DNA of 46,952 nucleotides from Phoronis australis (GCA_002633005.1 NMRA01001157.1:1-46952); one strand, 5' to 3'; positions 1 through 11,735 are shown, counted from the stretch's first letter. The notes: generated by a model not told the origin, from the sequence alone. Made by a program: numbers and translations.

Positions 1-953
1 GTGTTAATTGACACAAAACTTATTTCTAAATTGATTGGTGATTATTAGAGCAAGGTATAAGCAACTATTAGCCATCCCACTACTATGCAATTGTTAATGA
101 TAACAGTGGCCCCTGGCAATAACTTCGATAGGACTGAAGTTGATAGTTTATACTGACAGTAACTTCGAAAAACTTCGACGTGTCGATGTTAGTATGAAAA
201 ACCCTATATTTGTATAAAGTTCAGTAGCTTTAAATTAAAGGAAAATGAATATTTTTGTGGTCAATGGTCTAAGTTTTCTAATTTCCATCTCGTATAACCA
301 GGTTGTACTTAGGGTTACTTTTAGTGAAACTTGTTCGCACCATGGAGTGTATTGGATTTGCTTTTATTATGATTGTCAACAAAACGAAACTGACATTTAA
401 ATTGATATTTTTAAGGTTTCAAACAGTTATAGGTGATTCTAGGCACTATTTCTAGCATAAGGATTGTACTTCCCAAAATCAGACCTGTCGCCATTGTCGA
501 TAAACTTTTAGTTACCTGTTACGTTTTATGTTATGCTTTTGTCTGCAGATATTCTTGGATTTTGCATATTAAGTGATTTGTTATTCTTGGTGTTATTGCT
601 GTAATTTTAGTTGAAACGTAGACTTTTGTTGTGACTTTCCTGGCTATGTAATCACATTTTCTTTGGTTGTGTTACATGATTTGGTAGTGATTTCTCTGTT
701 TGTACATTCCATTTTGCTCCCTCAGTTATTGCATAATTGTCATAGATTAAGAACAATGCAAATAATGAACATATTATTAGCCTCATTTAGTTTTCACTGC
801 ATTGTATGCATGACACTTGATGAACTGATTTTTGAAATGTTTCTGGTTTTTAAGATTTTGATATTTCACTTATGTTCACTTATTTTAAGGAACTAGTGTA
901 TTTTAGGCAGTGCATTTTATTTTCTGCAATTAATCACTGTTAATGTAATGTTA

Positions 954-1315
954 NNNNNNNNNNNNNNNNNNNNNNNNNNNNNNNNNNNNNNNNNNNNNNN
1001 NNNNNNNNNNNNNNNNNNNNNNNNNNNNNNNNNNNNNNNNNNNNNNNNNNNNNNNNNNNNNNNNNNNNNNNNNNNNNNNNNNNNNNNNNNNNNNNNNNNN
1101 NNNNNNNNNNNNNNNNNNNNNNNNNNNNNNNNNNNNNNNNNNNNNNNNNNNNNNNNNNNNNNNNNNNNNNNNNNNNNNNNNNNNNNNNNNNNNNNNNNNN
1201 NNNNNNNNNNNNNNNNNNNNNNNNNNNNNNNNNNNNNNNNNNNNNNNNNNNNNNNNNNNNNNNNNNNNNNNNNNNNNNNNNNNNNNNNNNNNNNNNNNNN
1301 NNNNNNNNNNNNNNN
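954..1315. other. Assembly gap (run of N)
   Basis: Continuous N characters; ORFs spanning it are artefacts. Confidence 0.99.
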
Positions 1316-2380
1316 AGGAACAACAAATTTTTATTTTGGTTAAATGCATGGTAACTATTGGGCACAAAATAAGATTAGCATATTGTATATTTAACTACTG
1401 GTAGGTGTTTTAACTGCCATCACCTTCAGTCATACGCATTCTCAGTCTGCAGTCAAACTATTGAACACAAGTTTAACTGTCTGTTCATACATGAGCAGAA
1501 GAGCAAAAGTTCGACTTAAAACGTAATTGAGATTCTAATAATGCTATCACAAATGGCTTTTTGTGGAAAGTGAAATGGCTTTATATTTTAGGTTTGTGAA
1601 TATTGAGTGACATAATGTACTTGATGAAAGCCAGAAGCACTGCAGAGGTTACGAGGCAACAAGTTTGAGTTGAAAACACCGGAACAAATGACGTACACAT
1701 CATCTCAAGGTTGTGTCGAATAAACATGGATGAAAACACTAGCGATCATCCCATATGAACCCTATGGAACACCTCCGATTGCTGTAATGCAGATTAGTCT
1801 GTTGTAGAATGTGTTTGAAACGTCCACTAGTATGGTAATAACTGGATATAACCTCTGTAGTTGTTCTTTTCAACACCATGGTAATACTGTTTATTCAATG
1901 CTAATAAACACCCCGTTGGGTACATTTCAACGCTCTGTGTTGCTGCTGTTAGTTTAGTCAAGTAAATAATATCGTTGTTGCAAGTATTATAGATTTTGTC
2001 GTGCGTTAAGAATAAAACATGTCGGTATATTGTAATTAAAGCTTGGCATGCATTCAAGTTGTTCTCTCAAGACAAAATTTTGATTGTAATACAAGTATTA
2101 TTACTAATTGCCACTATAGACTCTTTTATAGTTTCTGTTATTCATTGTCATTTGATTTCTAGTCATTATACATCAGATTGAAAATTTTCATGTTAAATCC
2201 AGTGTGCAGCTGATTGTGTATTTTCTTGCTTTAACAGGCGGGCATGCAATAAAAATTATGTATTTGTCAGCTGGCATTTCTACATTAAATTATTCATGCC
2301 ACAATTCAAGTATGTTGTAGTCTTGCATCCAATATTTTTTCTGGTGGTTCACAGAAACTTCTATATAACCCCATGAAGAT

Positions 2381-2763
2381 GTTTGCAGCAAGCTTGCAGC
2401 AATGTGTGTGCCTGTGTTGCAGGAACTGTTCCATATAAGGACATAGAGATGTTTGTGGCAAGCTTGCAGCAATGTGTGCGGCTGGGTTGCAGGAACTGTT
2501 CCATATAAGGACATAGAGATGTTTGCTGCAAGCTTGCGGCAAACTTCATTTGCATGGTAAAAGTTTGTTGCATGTTTGCGGCAAGCATGTCTCAAGCTTG
2601 CGGCAATGTTTGTGGCTGGGTTGCAGGAAATTTGCATCCACTCTTTGGTCAGAGTTGATTCTACGTGTTTGCGGCTGGTTTGCAGAAACTTTTGCAGCAA
2701 GCTTGCCACAACTTTGCGGCAAGCTTGCGGCAAGTGTTTGCAGGAAGGCTTTTTTGGTATGGG
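2381..2763. repeat. Minisatellite-like array: two 70-bp units (2381-2450, 2451-2520) plus degenerate GCAAGCTTGC-containing subrepeats; possibly the end of a non-autonomous element
   Basis: GTTTG(c/t)(a/g)GCAAGCTTGCAGCAATGTGTG...GGAACTGTTCCATATAAGGACATAGAGAT repeats at a 70-bp period. The palindromic GCAAGCTTGC core recurs to about 2730. The array ends in TTTTTGGTATGGG. Confidence 0.75.
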
Positions 2764-3864
2764 ATATCAAGAAGTCAAAGAGATACTAAAAAACTGCAGT
2801 GAGTTTGCACGTGCTTTAGTCGTCTGCACTAATTCATCGAAACGACTTGGCGCCGTCATCAGACTTCATGTTGTGGATAAATTTTGTTGTGAATGGAGCT
2901 GTGTTTCAGCAGCATGTGTCAAAACATTCAAGCTGAAATTTGGCTACAAGGTGCCCGCGGCCATTACTTGGTTAGTCAGTTTTCCGCAGTGTGGCGTATA
3001 GGGAAACTCACAATGTCCGACATTAAGGTTCTTCGAAGGTTTGCTAATTGTGTTTTTTAAAGATCAGTCAGAACATAAAGGTGGCTTTCGGTGACAAGAT
3101 ATAGTAACACAACAATTCCGTGAAGATAAGCCTTTATTTCAGCAAAGAATTTACAACAGTCCGTAGTATTTTCAATTAAATATAATGCAAAATGTGCCAA
3201 AACATCCGATAATTAGGTCACTTGACTGTACGTGATGGTTTCGCTACTTGGCGATTGGATATTTTCTATGTCACCCAAGGAAACTGGAAAACTCAAAGGG
3301 TCTACTTTCTGTTTTCAGAGATCCCATTAAAAATGAGAACGAAAGCTGCGTGACCGCCGGCTTCTAACTCCATAGACCAAAACAGTTCCCCCGCTGCAGA
3401 TGCTGCCCCCATTGCCCAGATATACGAATGTAAAAACAAATTTGATAGTGTATTTAATACTTTCCTTAAACGTCATGATTTCAGAAAAATGACATTGAAA
3501 AGATGGCTTTCACTCTCTTTTGTTTCCCGACTACGTCAAGTGCTTGGCATAATACTCCTGGTAGGAATATTATTCTTCGGCTACGCTGTAGTTTACCAAC
3601 AACCGACGTGCCCACCAACAGGTGAGTTTCATTTGCAATAAGCTTTCAGAGGTCCCAGCTTTGACGGTGTCATTAGCTTTCAGCAAGGAGTTTACCACAC
3701 TCCTTGCTTTCAGTGTGATGCTAGACTGAAGACTTGACTGAACGTACAGAAGTCTGTTTAAACAAAACCTCGCTTCAACCTGTGCTGCAAAGGTTTGACT
3801 TGTAATGAGCATGCACTGGAGTTTCCTTCAGCAGCTGTCTCACCCGTTGACTTATTCAACAACC

Positions 3865-4198
3865 TGTTACGACTTGCTGTTTATAGCCGACTCGATCACT
3901 ATAGACTCTGTATATATCTGCTTTGTTACTGTTGATTGTATTATTGATGATTCTGTAATTGACTCTGACTAAGTCGTGCTCGAGTATTTATGACCTGTAG
4001 CAATGTTCTGGAACACTTCACAATTCAAGCAAATTCTAGAAATTTCAAGAATGTACCCATTCATTCTAAAAACATACTACGCTCTAGAACTTTGCACACC
4101 ATGGTTCTCACGGATTCTGAGTAACCACTATGGTAGAACTTACTAGAACTTTCTCCAGCATTATGTTGCAAACAAACCACAAAATCACTGGCGTAACC
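3865..4198. mobile_element. Possible degenerate solo LTR (about 330 bp)
   Basis: Short inverted ends TGTTACG (3865) and CGTAAC(c) (4192-4198), a TATATA run near 3911, and repeated TTCTAGAA-like motifs. No target-site duplication seen. Confidence 0.4.
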
Positions 4199-4653
4199 TT
4201 ATAAATCATGATGTCAAGCAAGAGCTAACGGCCAGTAAGCACATACAGCAGCCAAATAAAACCTATAGATCCATGAACCACTGTCCGTCTACTACTGACA
4301 ACACATCCCTACCAGAGAGAAAAATATTCTATAATTTTCTATTTAATAATTATTTCTGACATATACACTTAGTTCTACCATACATTAAAGGCGAAGGCAA
4401 CCCTTTTCCATGTCATTTTGAGCTAAAATAGGGTTGGTTGGTTATCCTAGACATATTTTCCACTTAATTACAGCTTTTCGTAATTTTATTAATTACGCGT
4501 CCGCTACTCCGGAAGTGACGTTTTAGGAGGCAAGCATTTTGCGCCACTTTCTTTTCATACAGTCTGACTGTGAAAGCTGCCGAGTCAGTCATTGTTCTAC
4601 CTCGGTTGTGTTAAGTTCCGTCGTCGTTTGCTTTCATTTACTAGTCAGTCAAC

Positions 4654-5570
4654 ATGCCACACTGTTGCTGCGTACCAGGATTTACTAATTATCGGCTAAT
4701 GCGCGCTTTGGGAGTACCTTTGCATCGCTTTCCGATGGATGACACACTTCGCCGCACTTGGCTCGTTCGTGTGAAGAACACAGCGTTACCCGTCCACGCA
4801 ACGTACAAAGCAGTGGAGAATTACCGTGTGTGTGGCAAGCACTTTCTGCCGTCCGAATCGGCTCACGCGCGCTTTGGGAGTACCTTTGCACCGCTTTCCG
4901 ATGGATGACACACTTCGCCGTACTTTGCTCGTTCGTGTGAAGAACACAGCGTTACCCGTCCACGCAACGTACAAAGCAGTGGAGAATTACCGTGTGTGTG
5001 GCAAGCACTTTCTGCCCTCCGGTTACGAAAGGTATTTGTACGCTGAACTGATGAAGGTCCCTGCGAAACAACGCCTGAGGAAGGACGCCATTCCGTCTGT
5101 GTTGATTCCCGGCAGTGCCCCGTCGCCACCCCCGAGAAGTGCGATTTTGAGGCGAGAAGCTTTGCGAGCTGTGGCCAGTACAGTGACTGGAGCCACTGGA
5201 GACAATTCATCTACTGTCACCCGTGCCTCCGAACGTTCCCCAGAGCGTGCAATTCCTGGAACCAGTAGTGATTCGCCCTGTGCTGTTTTCTCCAGCCCAG
5301 AGCCTCTAAGCATCCCTGCAGCGATATTGAGTAGTGGGAGTACGTGATTACAGGACCAGTTCGACACCCAGTGGAGAGGACAGTTTGTCGTTCAGTGAAC
5401 AGATCGGTGAGCCAAACTTTGATAAGTTTATTGTGGACTTGTCTATTTAGAAGGTGCTAGGTGTGTGGCGAGGGAGTCACACGACACGATGTAAGCAGTT
5501 TGGGTGCTTAGGTCACCATCTAGTGGGAGTGTGTCGCGGGAGACTCTGGCAACTGAGTGCGGGACAGTTG
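4654..5570 (+). pseudogene. THAP-domain N-terminus of Kolobok transposase (disrupted; catalytic DDE region deleted)
   Basis: MPHCCCVPG(F)TN..LHRFP..RRTWL..RVCGKHF..RLRKDAIPSV is a THAP C2CH signature with an AVPT-like box. A 166-bp internal duplication causes a frameshift. A downstream remnant reads KFIVD../FRRC*VCG..TI*WEC. Confidence 0.85.
4691..5022 (+). repeat. 166-bp tandem duplication inside the THAP coding region
   Basis: 4691-4856 and 4857-5022 are nearly identical (ATCGGCT..GCGCGCTTTGGGAGTACC...GCACTTTCTGCC.TCCG). Confidence 0.93.
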
Positions 5571-5574
5571 TTCC

Positions 5575-5913
5575 TCTATTCGTGATATGCCGGAGGTCCA
5601 CTTCAGTAACCATGTCCAGTAGTGGCTTGGCCTCGTCGAACTCTGAACAGCACAAGCATTCCATTGAGGTAGGCATAACAACGCACACAGTGCACTTGCA
5701 CCAAGATGTGTCACCACGTCTGTCCTCAGTAGCCGCCTCGTTTCTCTCAACAGCTGCCTATGCCTGTGCGTACTCTGCTTCGTTACACTCGGGCTCAAAC
5801 ATGTACCCACCCACTGAATGTCCGTGAAAAAATTCCTCGTCACCACTGCTGTGAACAAGGTCTCCGTCACTCACACTACTGTCACTGTGATACGGGTCAC
5901 CGATTCCAGCCAT
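5575..5913 (-). pseudogene. KolX-like (P2X7 ballast/nanor-type Zn-Cys domain) second Kolobok ORF, 5' fragment
   Basis: From ATG 5913: MAGIGDPYHSDSSVSDGDLVHSSGDEEFFHGHSVGGYMFEPECNEAEYAQA*AAVERNEAATEDRRGDTSWCKCTVCVVMPTSMECLCCSE..HITN. It carries the YxFEP and WCxCxxC..M.T..ECLCCxE motifs and one TAG at 5758-5760. Confidence 0.75.
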
Positions 5914-6447
5914 TTACAGCTTACAACACACTAAACATTCCCTAAATCCAACGTAGTTGAGTTCTCTACTAACCTATCTTGCCGCAGAATACTCGCCGAT
6001 GAAAAGTGGTGGCGACAATTGTTGAAAAACAGCACAAAACGAAAGTAGAATAGAACCGATTCGCACGGTAAAGTCAACGCAAAACCAAGTGGCGGGAAAC
6101 GCTTGCCTCCTAAAACGTCACTTCCGCAGTAGCGGACGAGTAATTAATAAAATTACGAAAAGCTGTAATTAAGTGGAAAATATGTCTAGGATAACCAGCC
6201 AACCTTATTTTAGCTCAAAATGACACGGAAAAAGGTTGCCTTCGCCTTTAATCAGTGTGATGCATAATTCGCCGAAAAACTTTCGACGTCCGAAGTGCCT
6301 ATGCGATGGCCACCGTCTCTACTGCGGCCAGTCGAGACGGTGGCGCTGCCTAACACATGACCTGATGCGGGACAACCCAAACAATTGTTTACGTTTGAAT
6401 TTGAGCCCAACATGAAAAAATGTGGCGATCGTCTACAGTACATTTAA

Positions 6448-8122
6448 AGGAGCATGCCACCCAAAAAACAACCTAATTTGTATCAATTTAGATGGAGTAG
6501 TTCTACTCCATAACGACACGTACGGTTGCGTTACCTGACACCTGACGGCAGACGGAGGTGTTGAAATTATCCGATGACGTCATCGGTTTCACACGCAGTC
6601 TGTTCAGCAGTTCACAACACGGGTTACTGGTGTCAGCTTATCGCTTGAAGTCATCGTTTAACACTAATAAATCATCAAACTTCGATGTAAAACCCTTAAA
6701 AATACACCGAGTTCTTTTAAAAACGTGTTGTTTATTTCGCTCTTACGGATTTATTGCTATTTGGACACACCGTAGCCTACAAAGTTCGGCAGGCCAATAA
6801 GGTCCGTAACCGGAGTTTGGGGTCTGTTCGGAGATAATTTCGAAGTATTTTCCGCAAGATACAGACAGGAGAACCTAGATCTGGGTTGTTTAGACTAATG
6901 ATTTTTTGAGTTCTAAACACAAAACGCTTGTAATCCTGGTTAGTGGCTCGGAGCCCGATCAAGCCCGTCGCGGCCGGCCGGATTGACTTCATTGTTATTC
7001 CGGCCAGTGGCTCGGAAACTGATCAGGCATTACGAACATCAACCAGCCAAAGTTCAGTGGAAACTAAACTTCGAGTCAAGAAAATACTATACTAGTGAGC
7101 CAAAGTAATGTGCACGTAATTATGTTGGTGAATTAGCCACGAAACGGCAAATCTACTTACTCGTCGGGGGCCGCAAATTCACTCGGGTTCCGCTTTGGCC
7201 ACAGCACCGCCTGGGCAGAAGTTGTACATTGACAATCATTATTTGAGTAATGTAAACGTAACTAAAGATTCCCCTAGCCGCGGGATGGAAATCGAGTTGT
7301 TTCACAACAGTTTCTGCCAGCAAACACTAAATTAGCATGATCTCACACGGCCTTGGTGTCCCGTCAACTGAATTAATTTTATTGCACCTAAAGCCGGTAA
7401 CGCAGTGATTTATTCATTGCTGGCTACTCAAATTATTTGCACTGACAAACACTCCAAAGGCATTACAAATTGCATCTAATGAGACAGACTTTGTTTCAGT
7501 TGGTTAGGGTGAGAAGGCATTTTGAAACAGAACGCTCAGTACTAAACGCCAACACGGCAACTCGCAATCCCGACTTAGGACGAGCTAGAGATCATCAGTC
7601 CCGACTTTGCAGGTGGATCGTTAAGTTTCACAGGCTATCAATTCGAACAGGAATACAGTGATAAAGAAATACTAGAGAGGCGCCGTGAACAAGCTCAGAC
7701 AACGGAATGTATGAAGTTATTTGGTAAGCCGGCCGGCATTCGTCACTGAGGCAATGTCGACGTCTGCAGGCCACAGACACGGAGATGTTTCACGGCCTCA
7801 TACTTGCTATTTACAGTGTACATTTCATTCTTCACTACCATGAGCCACTTCTTAAGCATTTTGGACTCTCGAGGAAGTAAAAAAAACGATATACCCGCTT
7901 TCTTCGCAGCTGTTTAGTTCGGTCAAGCGAGAACGATGTGCCGCAACATAGCGGAATTCACTCTGCATATGAACCACTGACGTCGCTAGCGTTGTTTCTC
8001 ACCTTCCTCACAGGTTAATGCGACACCTCTTGGCAAGGTAATTTCGACCGCATGCGAGGCGATGTGAATATAGACCGATTAAGACGGCAAAAAGACTAAG
8101 TTAAATCGGGTTGCATTCTCCT
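6448..8122 (-). mobile_element. Kolobok-type DNA transposon, internally deleted and older (element 2)
   Basis: Short TIRs AGGAGCATGCCACCC / AGGAGAATGCAACCC with TTAA flanks (6444-6447, 8123-8126). THAP remnant on - and KolX-like GYQFEQEYSDKE remnant on + (from 7633). Confidence 0.75.
7764..7915 (-). pseudogene. THAP domain remnant (element 2)
   Basis: Minus strand reads TAAKKAGISFFLLPRESKMLKKWLMVVKNEMYTVNSKYEAVKHLRVCGLQ, which aligns to the element 1 THAP (LHRFP..TWLVRVKN..YKAVENYRVCGKH). Confidence 0.75.
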
Positions 8123-8934
8123 TTAAGGCCGTAATATTCCACACCAGAACTGATCCCACACCCGACCTCGCGTAACAAACATCGACTCGTAAATGAATTA
8201 AATGAGAAACACGAATCTTTCCAGCAGTTGAATCATTGGGATAGTTCGAAGGCAAAACCCCGGTGTGACAGTGCCCGAGCCACTTTTCGTTTTTGCAAAA
8301 ATGGATAAAAAGTAGACATATGTGTCTTATACTGCACTAAACTGGGATAAAGGTTGGGATTTTGGCCACTTATCTCCAATATTAAATTACTTTTAACAGG
8401 AGAATAAATGAGGACCTCGTCAGTCCAGTCGTCGTGGTTTCAAAATTTGTGAATGGAAGCTACAGCTACATGTGTATACACCGGGTACTCGTACATCTAC
8501 GCGACGGCGAATGGGTGCGCGTGAAATGCCGAAACCGCGAGCTCGCTTCACTCGATTCGGAAAGTTATTCAGCGTTTACATCACTTCTTTGATTTCTCTC
8601 GCTGCCGAATTTTGAACACGCAGTACTAATAAGCGTAAACGGTAAACCCAGGCGGCGGATGAATAACCCCGAATAGTATACATGTACATGTATATCTTTA
8701 AGCAAGAAGTGCGTTCGCTGGATCAAGATCGACGTACTGAAGCCACGACTCGCGAAGAACAGCTTCGTATTTAATTTAAACTTTTCTTATCTAGTAAAAT
8801 TTTGCTTTTCATGGACAAAAATGGGAAACCCACATAAATATATGTGTTTCCACGTAAGGTGGGCACATCTGTCAGTAAAGGTTGATCAGTCAAGTCTCCG
8901 TTTGTAAATGGGTACACCAAAGACGGGATGGGTC

Positions 8935-8968
8935 TATATATATATGTATATGTATATGTATATGTATA
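8935..8968. repeat. (TA)n/(TATATG)n microsatellite
   Basis: Read directly from the sequence. Confidence 0.9.
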
Positions 8969-9627
8969 CATCATTGAATAATAAGCTGTTATTGGCTATA
9001 GTTAGTTTGTTCAACAGACTTTCATAGTGTCTACAACGCGCTCACACGGCCTCAGTTGGTGCTCAGTCAATTAGTTTATTGCATCTAAAGTGCCGTTTAC
9101 ACTTACAAAGTTGACACGGATCAGCTGACACGGAACAAGTTGTTCCAGTGTGTTAACGGACTGACACGGCGCAAATTGACACCGCGGTGACAAATGTTTG
9201 CCACCCGTTTGTGAGGTAGAGTAATTTGCGCCCGAACATCTTGCGCCGTGTCCGAAACTGGAGTAAGGCGGGAAGGATCATCTGTACTGCGCTTGTGCAA
9301 CGACCTACGTACGGGTTCTTTGTCTCTGCAACTCTTGTCATTTGTAAACCTGCGCATGTGCGATCCAGTCTTTCCAGCCTTCCGTCTTGCCACGGTTAGT
9401 GAGTTGTGTGTGGAAACGGCCGCTTGACACGGGACTTAGGTCATTTTTTCTCTGCCTGTTAAGTTAATTTAGGTACACAGCAACTGAAACAAATGCATAG
9501 ATCACGTCATTTTAAATCTCCATATCGCTCCGTTATGACCACTTCGACTTGGACCAATTTTTGTTCCTTCAAACACACCATCATGGTATATTTTTAAAAA
9601 TCGTTAACGAAAACGCGTACCAAGATT

Positions 9628-10915
9628 TTAAGGTTCATGCCATCCCCCTCGAGTTGTAGCATTAAAATATAGTTAGCAATTTTGACATGAAGATGACGGT
9701 GATATTTAAAAGTTCCATGACGAGAATTCCATCAATTCAAGTTTTGCCTAATTCAGTTTTCAGTCATTTTCATACCGTGTATGGTCACTGGCAAAATATG
9801 ATACTATCAAGATTTTAGTATAGATGTTTCCAAACTGGGTTTTTGCTATAACAGTTATAGGAATCTCATTATGAGCGTGCAAGGGAAAACGAACATATTT
9901 GCGACGTGTCGTTTATTCCAAGTTATTGATCTTAAACATCAGAAAATATTTGTTTTCTCTTTCTCGCTTATAATGATTTTCAAGGGTTTCCGTTATTCAG
10001 TTTCGGCAAGGTCGTCGCTTTCTAGCAAACCGACCGATTGGATGATCAACTGCGCACTTATTTGCTCTCCGTTTTAACGTTGATCATCGTGAATACACCT
10101 CTAAAAATCGCTCATCGTCTTTGCGCAAAGTGCATTGAGATTTAAGTCTCCCAAAATAAGTTGACGATCAGATAGTGTTTAAAAGTCTAATTCTCAATTT
10201 CTCCAGTTAGTGCACTAATGAAATAAACGAAAGTAGTTCTGCTTGTCGCGTCAGCTGTTGGTATCATTATCTCAATTTATGACCCACAGCGCGTGACTGG
10301 ACAAAGCCTTTTCAAATTAGTGAAGATTAGGCGGTGGAGCGTGAGACCCCTGAGGTCCCATTCGAGTCCTCACGACAATTTCACGTTATGCGCAAGTGAA
10401 ACGCCTTCTTGGAGAAGCTTAGGTGTGTCTCACGGACCATCCTGATTTTCAACGCAGTATCTTAACAGAGGTACGCTCACGACGTTTTTTATGGCTGAGA
10501 AAAAGAACTGGCGAAAACATCTTAGACCCAGAGGACCAAATAGAAGCCTCACGAACGAGTCAGTCCTCAAACAGGTTTTATAAAATTTTAGGTTCTCACG
10601 CCTTGAATTAATGGTAATTGTTTATATATTCATGGTCAACTACACTGAATTCTCCATAATCAAAAACTGATCAACAACCGATCCGACGAAATGCAGGCCA
10701 CTGCCCGACACGGAGAAGTTTCACGGCTTCATACTTGGTATTGACGGCGTATTTTTCATTCTTTACTACGGCGAGCCACTTTCGAAGTATAACGGGCTCT
10801 CGAGGAAATCGAAAAACGATATTCTCGCTTTCCTCGCAGCTTCATATTTCGTCGCGAAAAATAGTTTACTAAGAACAGCTGTTGCGCATTCCCAGAAAGA
10901 CAAAAACGAGCGCAC
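9628..10915 (-). mobile_element. Third Kolobok-type remnant (right end not found)
   Basis: TTTAAGGTTCATGCCATCCC near 9627 resembles the element 2 terminus. KolX-like CLTDHPDFQRSIL occurs on + (from about 10426). 10692-10841 is homologous to 7765-7911 and encodes FPREPVILRKWLAVVKNEKYAVNTKYEAVKLLRV on -. Confidence 0.6.
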
Positions 10916-11115
10916 GAGAAGTTTTTTAGTTGCTCTATTCGACTAGAGCGTTTGCTTGTAAGACGAATCGTCTGGAAAATCACCTCGAGTAGCGTGTGTG
11001 TGTGGGGGGGGGGGAGTTGTCGCCAATTTTGGTGTGTGTTAAGGTGCAGTCGACAACCTGGAAGTTTGTGCGGTGCGTGTATTTTTACGCTTGTTGAGTT
11101 ACATCTTGCGGCCGC

Positions 11116-11403
11116 GCACACAACAGAGCTTGGCCCAGCCGTGCAGTGCACACAACAGAGCCTGGCTGAGCCGTGCAGTCCACACAGCAGAGCCTGGCCC
11201 AGCCGTGCAGTGCAGACAACAGAGCCTGGCTCAGCCGTGCGGTGCACACAACAGAGCCTGGCCCAGCCGTGCAGTGCACACAACAGAGCCTGGCCCAGCC
11301 GTGCAGTGCACACAACAGAGCCTGGCTCAGCCGTGCGGTGCACACAACAGAGCCTGGCCCAGCCGTGCAGTGCACACAACAGAGCCTGGCCCAGCCGTGC
11401 AGT
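11116..11403. repeat. 32-bp minisatellite, 9 copies
   Basis: GCACACAACAGAGCCTGGCCCAGCCGTGCAGT unit repeated head to tail with few substitutions and no spacers. Confidence 0.96.
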
Positions 11404-11652
11404 CACAGGTCCCTACAAATGTGCCTTGTTCACTGAGCTCCTGAATACTCTTACACGTACACGTGAGCGTTGCGTCCACCAAAAGTTCTTTATATGTACA
11501 TTCGAGATCGAAATACTCCGCATAGGAAACAAAGTTGTAATTTGTAATGGAACCATAAAAAACACAAACGCGTAAGAAAACTAAATTTGAGTGCTTGTTA
11601 AAAGGAAATCTTGGCGAGAAAAGTGATTTTCTGTGATCAGTCTCAACGTGCA

Positions 11653-11725
11653 GTTTCTGTCGATTCGACTTGTTCGTCAATAAACGCTAGCAAACCTTGT
11701 TTTATTTACCTTATATGTACTGTCG
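11653..11725 (+). repeat. 5' LTR (only the 3' portion retained)
   Basis: GTTTCTGTCGATTCGACTTGTTCGTCAATAAACGCTAGCAAACCTTGTTTTATTTA...GTACTGTCG is shared with the 3' LTR and includes AATAAA. Confidence 0.85.
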
Positions 11726-11735
11726 TGGTGGCAGC
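11726..11735 (+). promoter_or_regulatory. Primer-binding site, probably tRNA-Leu
   Basis: TGGTGGCAGC lies immediately after the LTR and is complementary to the GCUGCCACCA 3' end of eukaryotic tRNA-Leu(AAG/UAG). Confidence 0.65.

Larger units (their letters stand above)
4389..6247 (+). mobile_element. Kolobok-superfamily DNA transposon, internally deleted (element 1)
   Basis: About 161-bp near-identical TIRs (4389-4549 and 6087-6247) starting AGGCGAAGGCAACC, with TTAA on both flanks (4385-4388, 6248-6251). Contains a THAP ORF start on + and a Cys-rich KolX-like ORF start on -, convergent. Confidence 0.88.

Noticed and set aside
940-1367. ORFs of 131-141 aa
   Set aside because: They consist almost entirely of the N gap.
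2290-3001. Several overlapping Cys/Ala/Gln-rich ORFs
   Set aside because: Translations of the GCAAGCTTGC repeat array with no recognisable domain.
4654-5347. Domesticated host THAP transcription-factor gene
   Set aside because: Lies within TIRs with TTAA flanks, is frameshifted, and has lost a Zn-ligand Cys.
11116-11403. 32-bp repeats as a CRISPR array, and overlapping ORFs 10756-11575 as genes
   Set aside because: Units are contiguous with no unique spacers, there are no cas genes, and the context is eukaryotic. The ORFs are open only because the unit lacks stops.
11615-11630. GAGAAAAGTGATT resembling the PPT/LTR start, suggesting a full 5' LTR or tandem element
   Set aside because: The sequence between it and 11653 does not align with 16140-16190, so it is probably chance.
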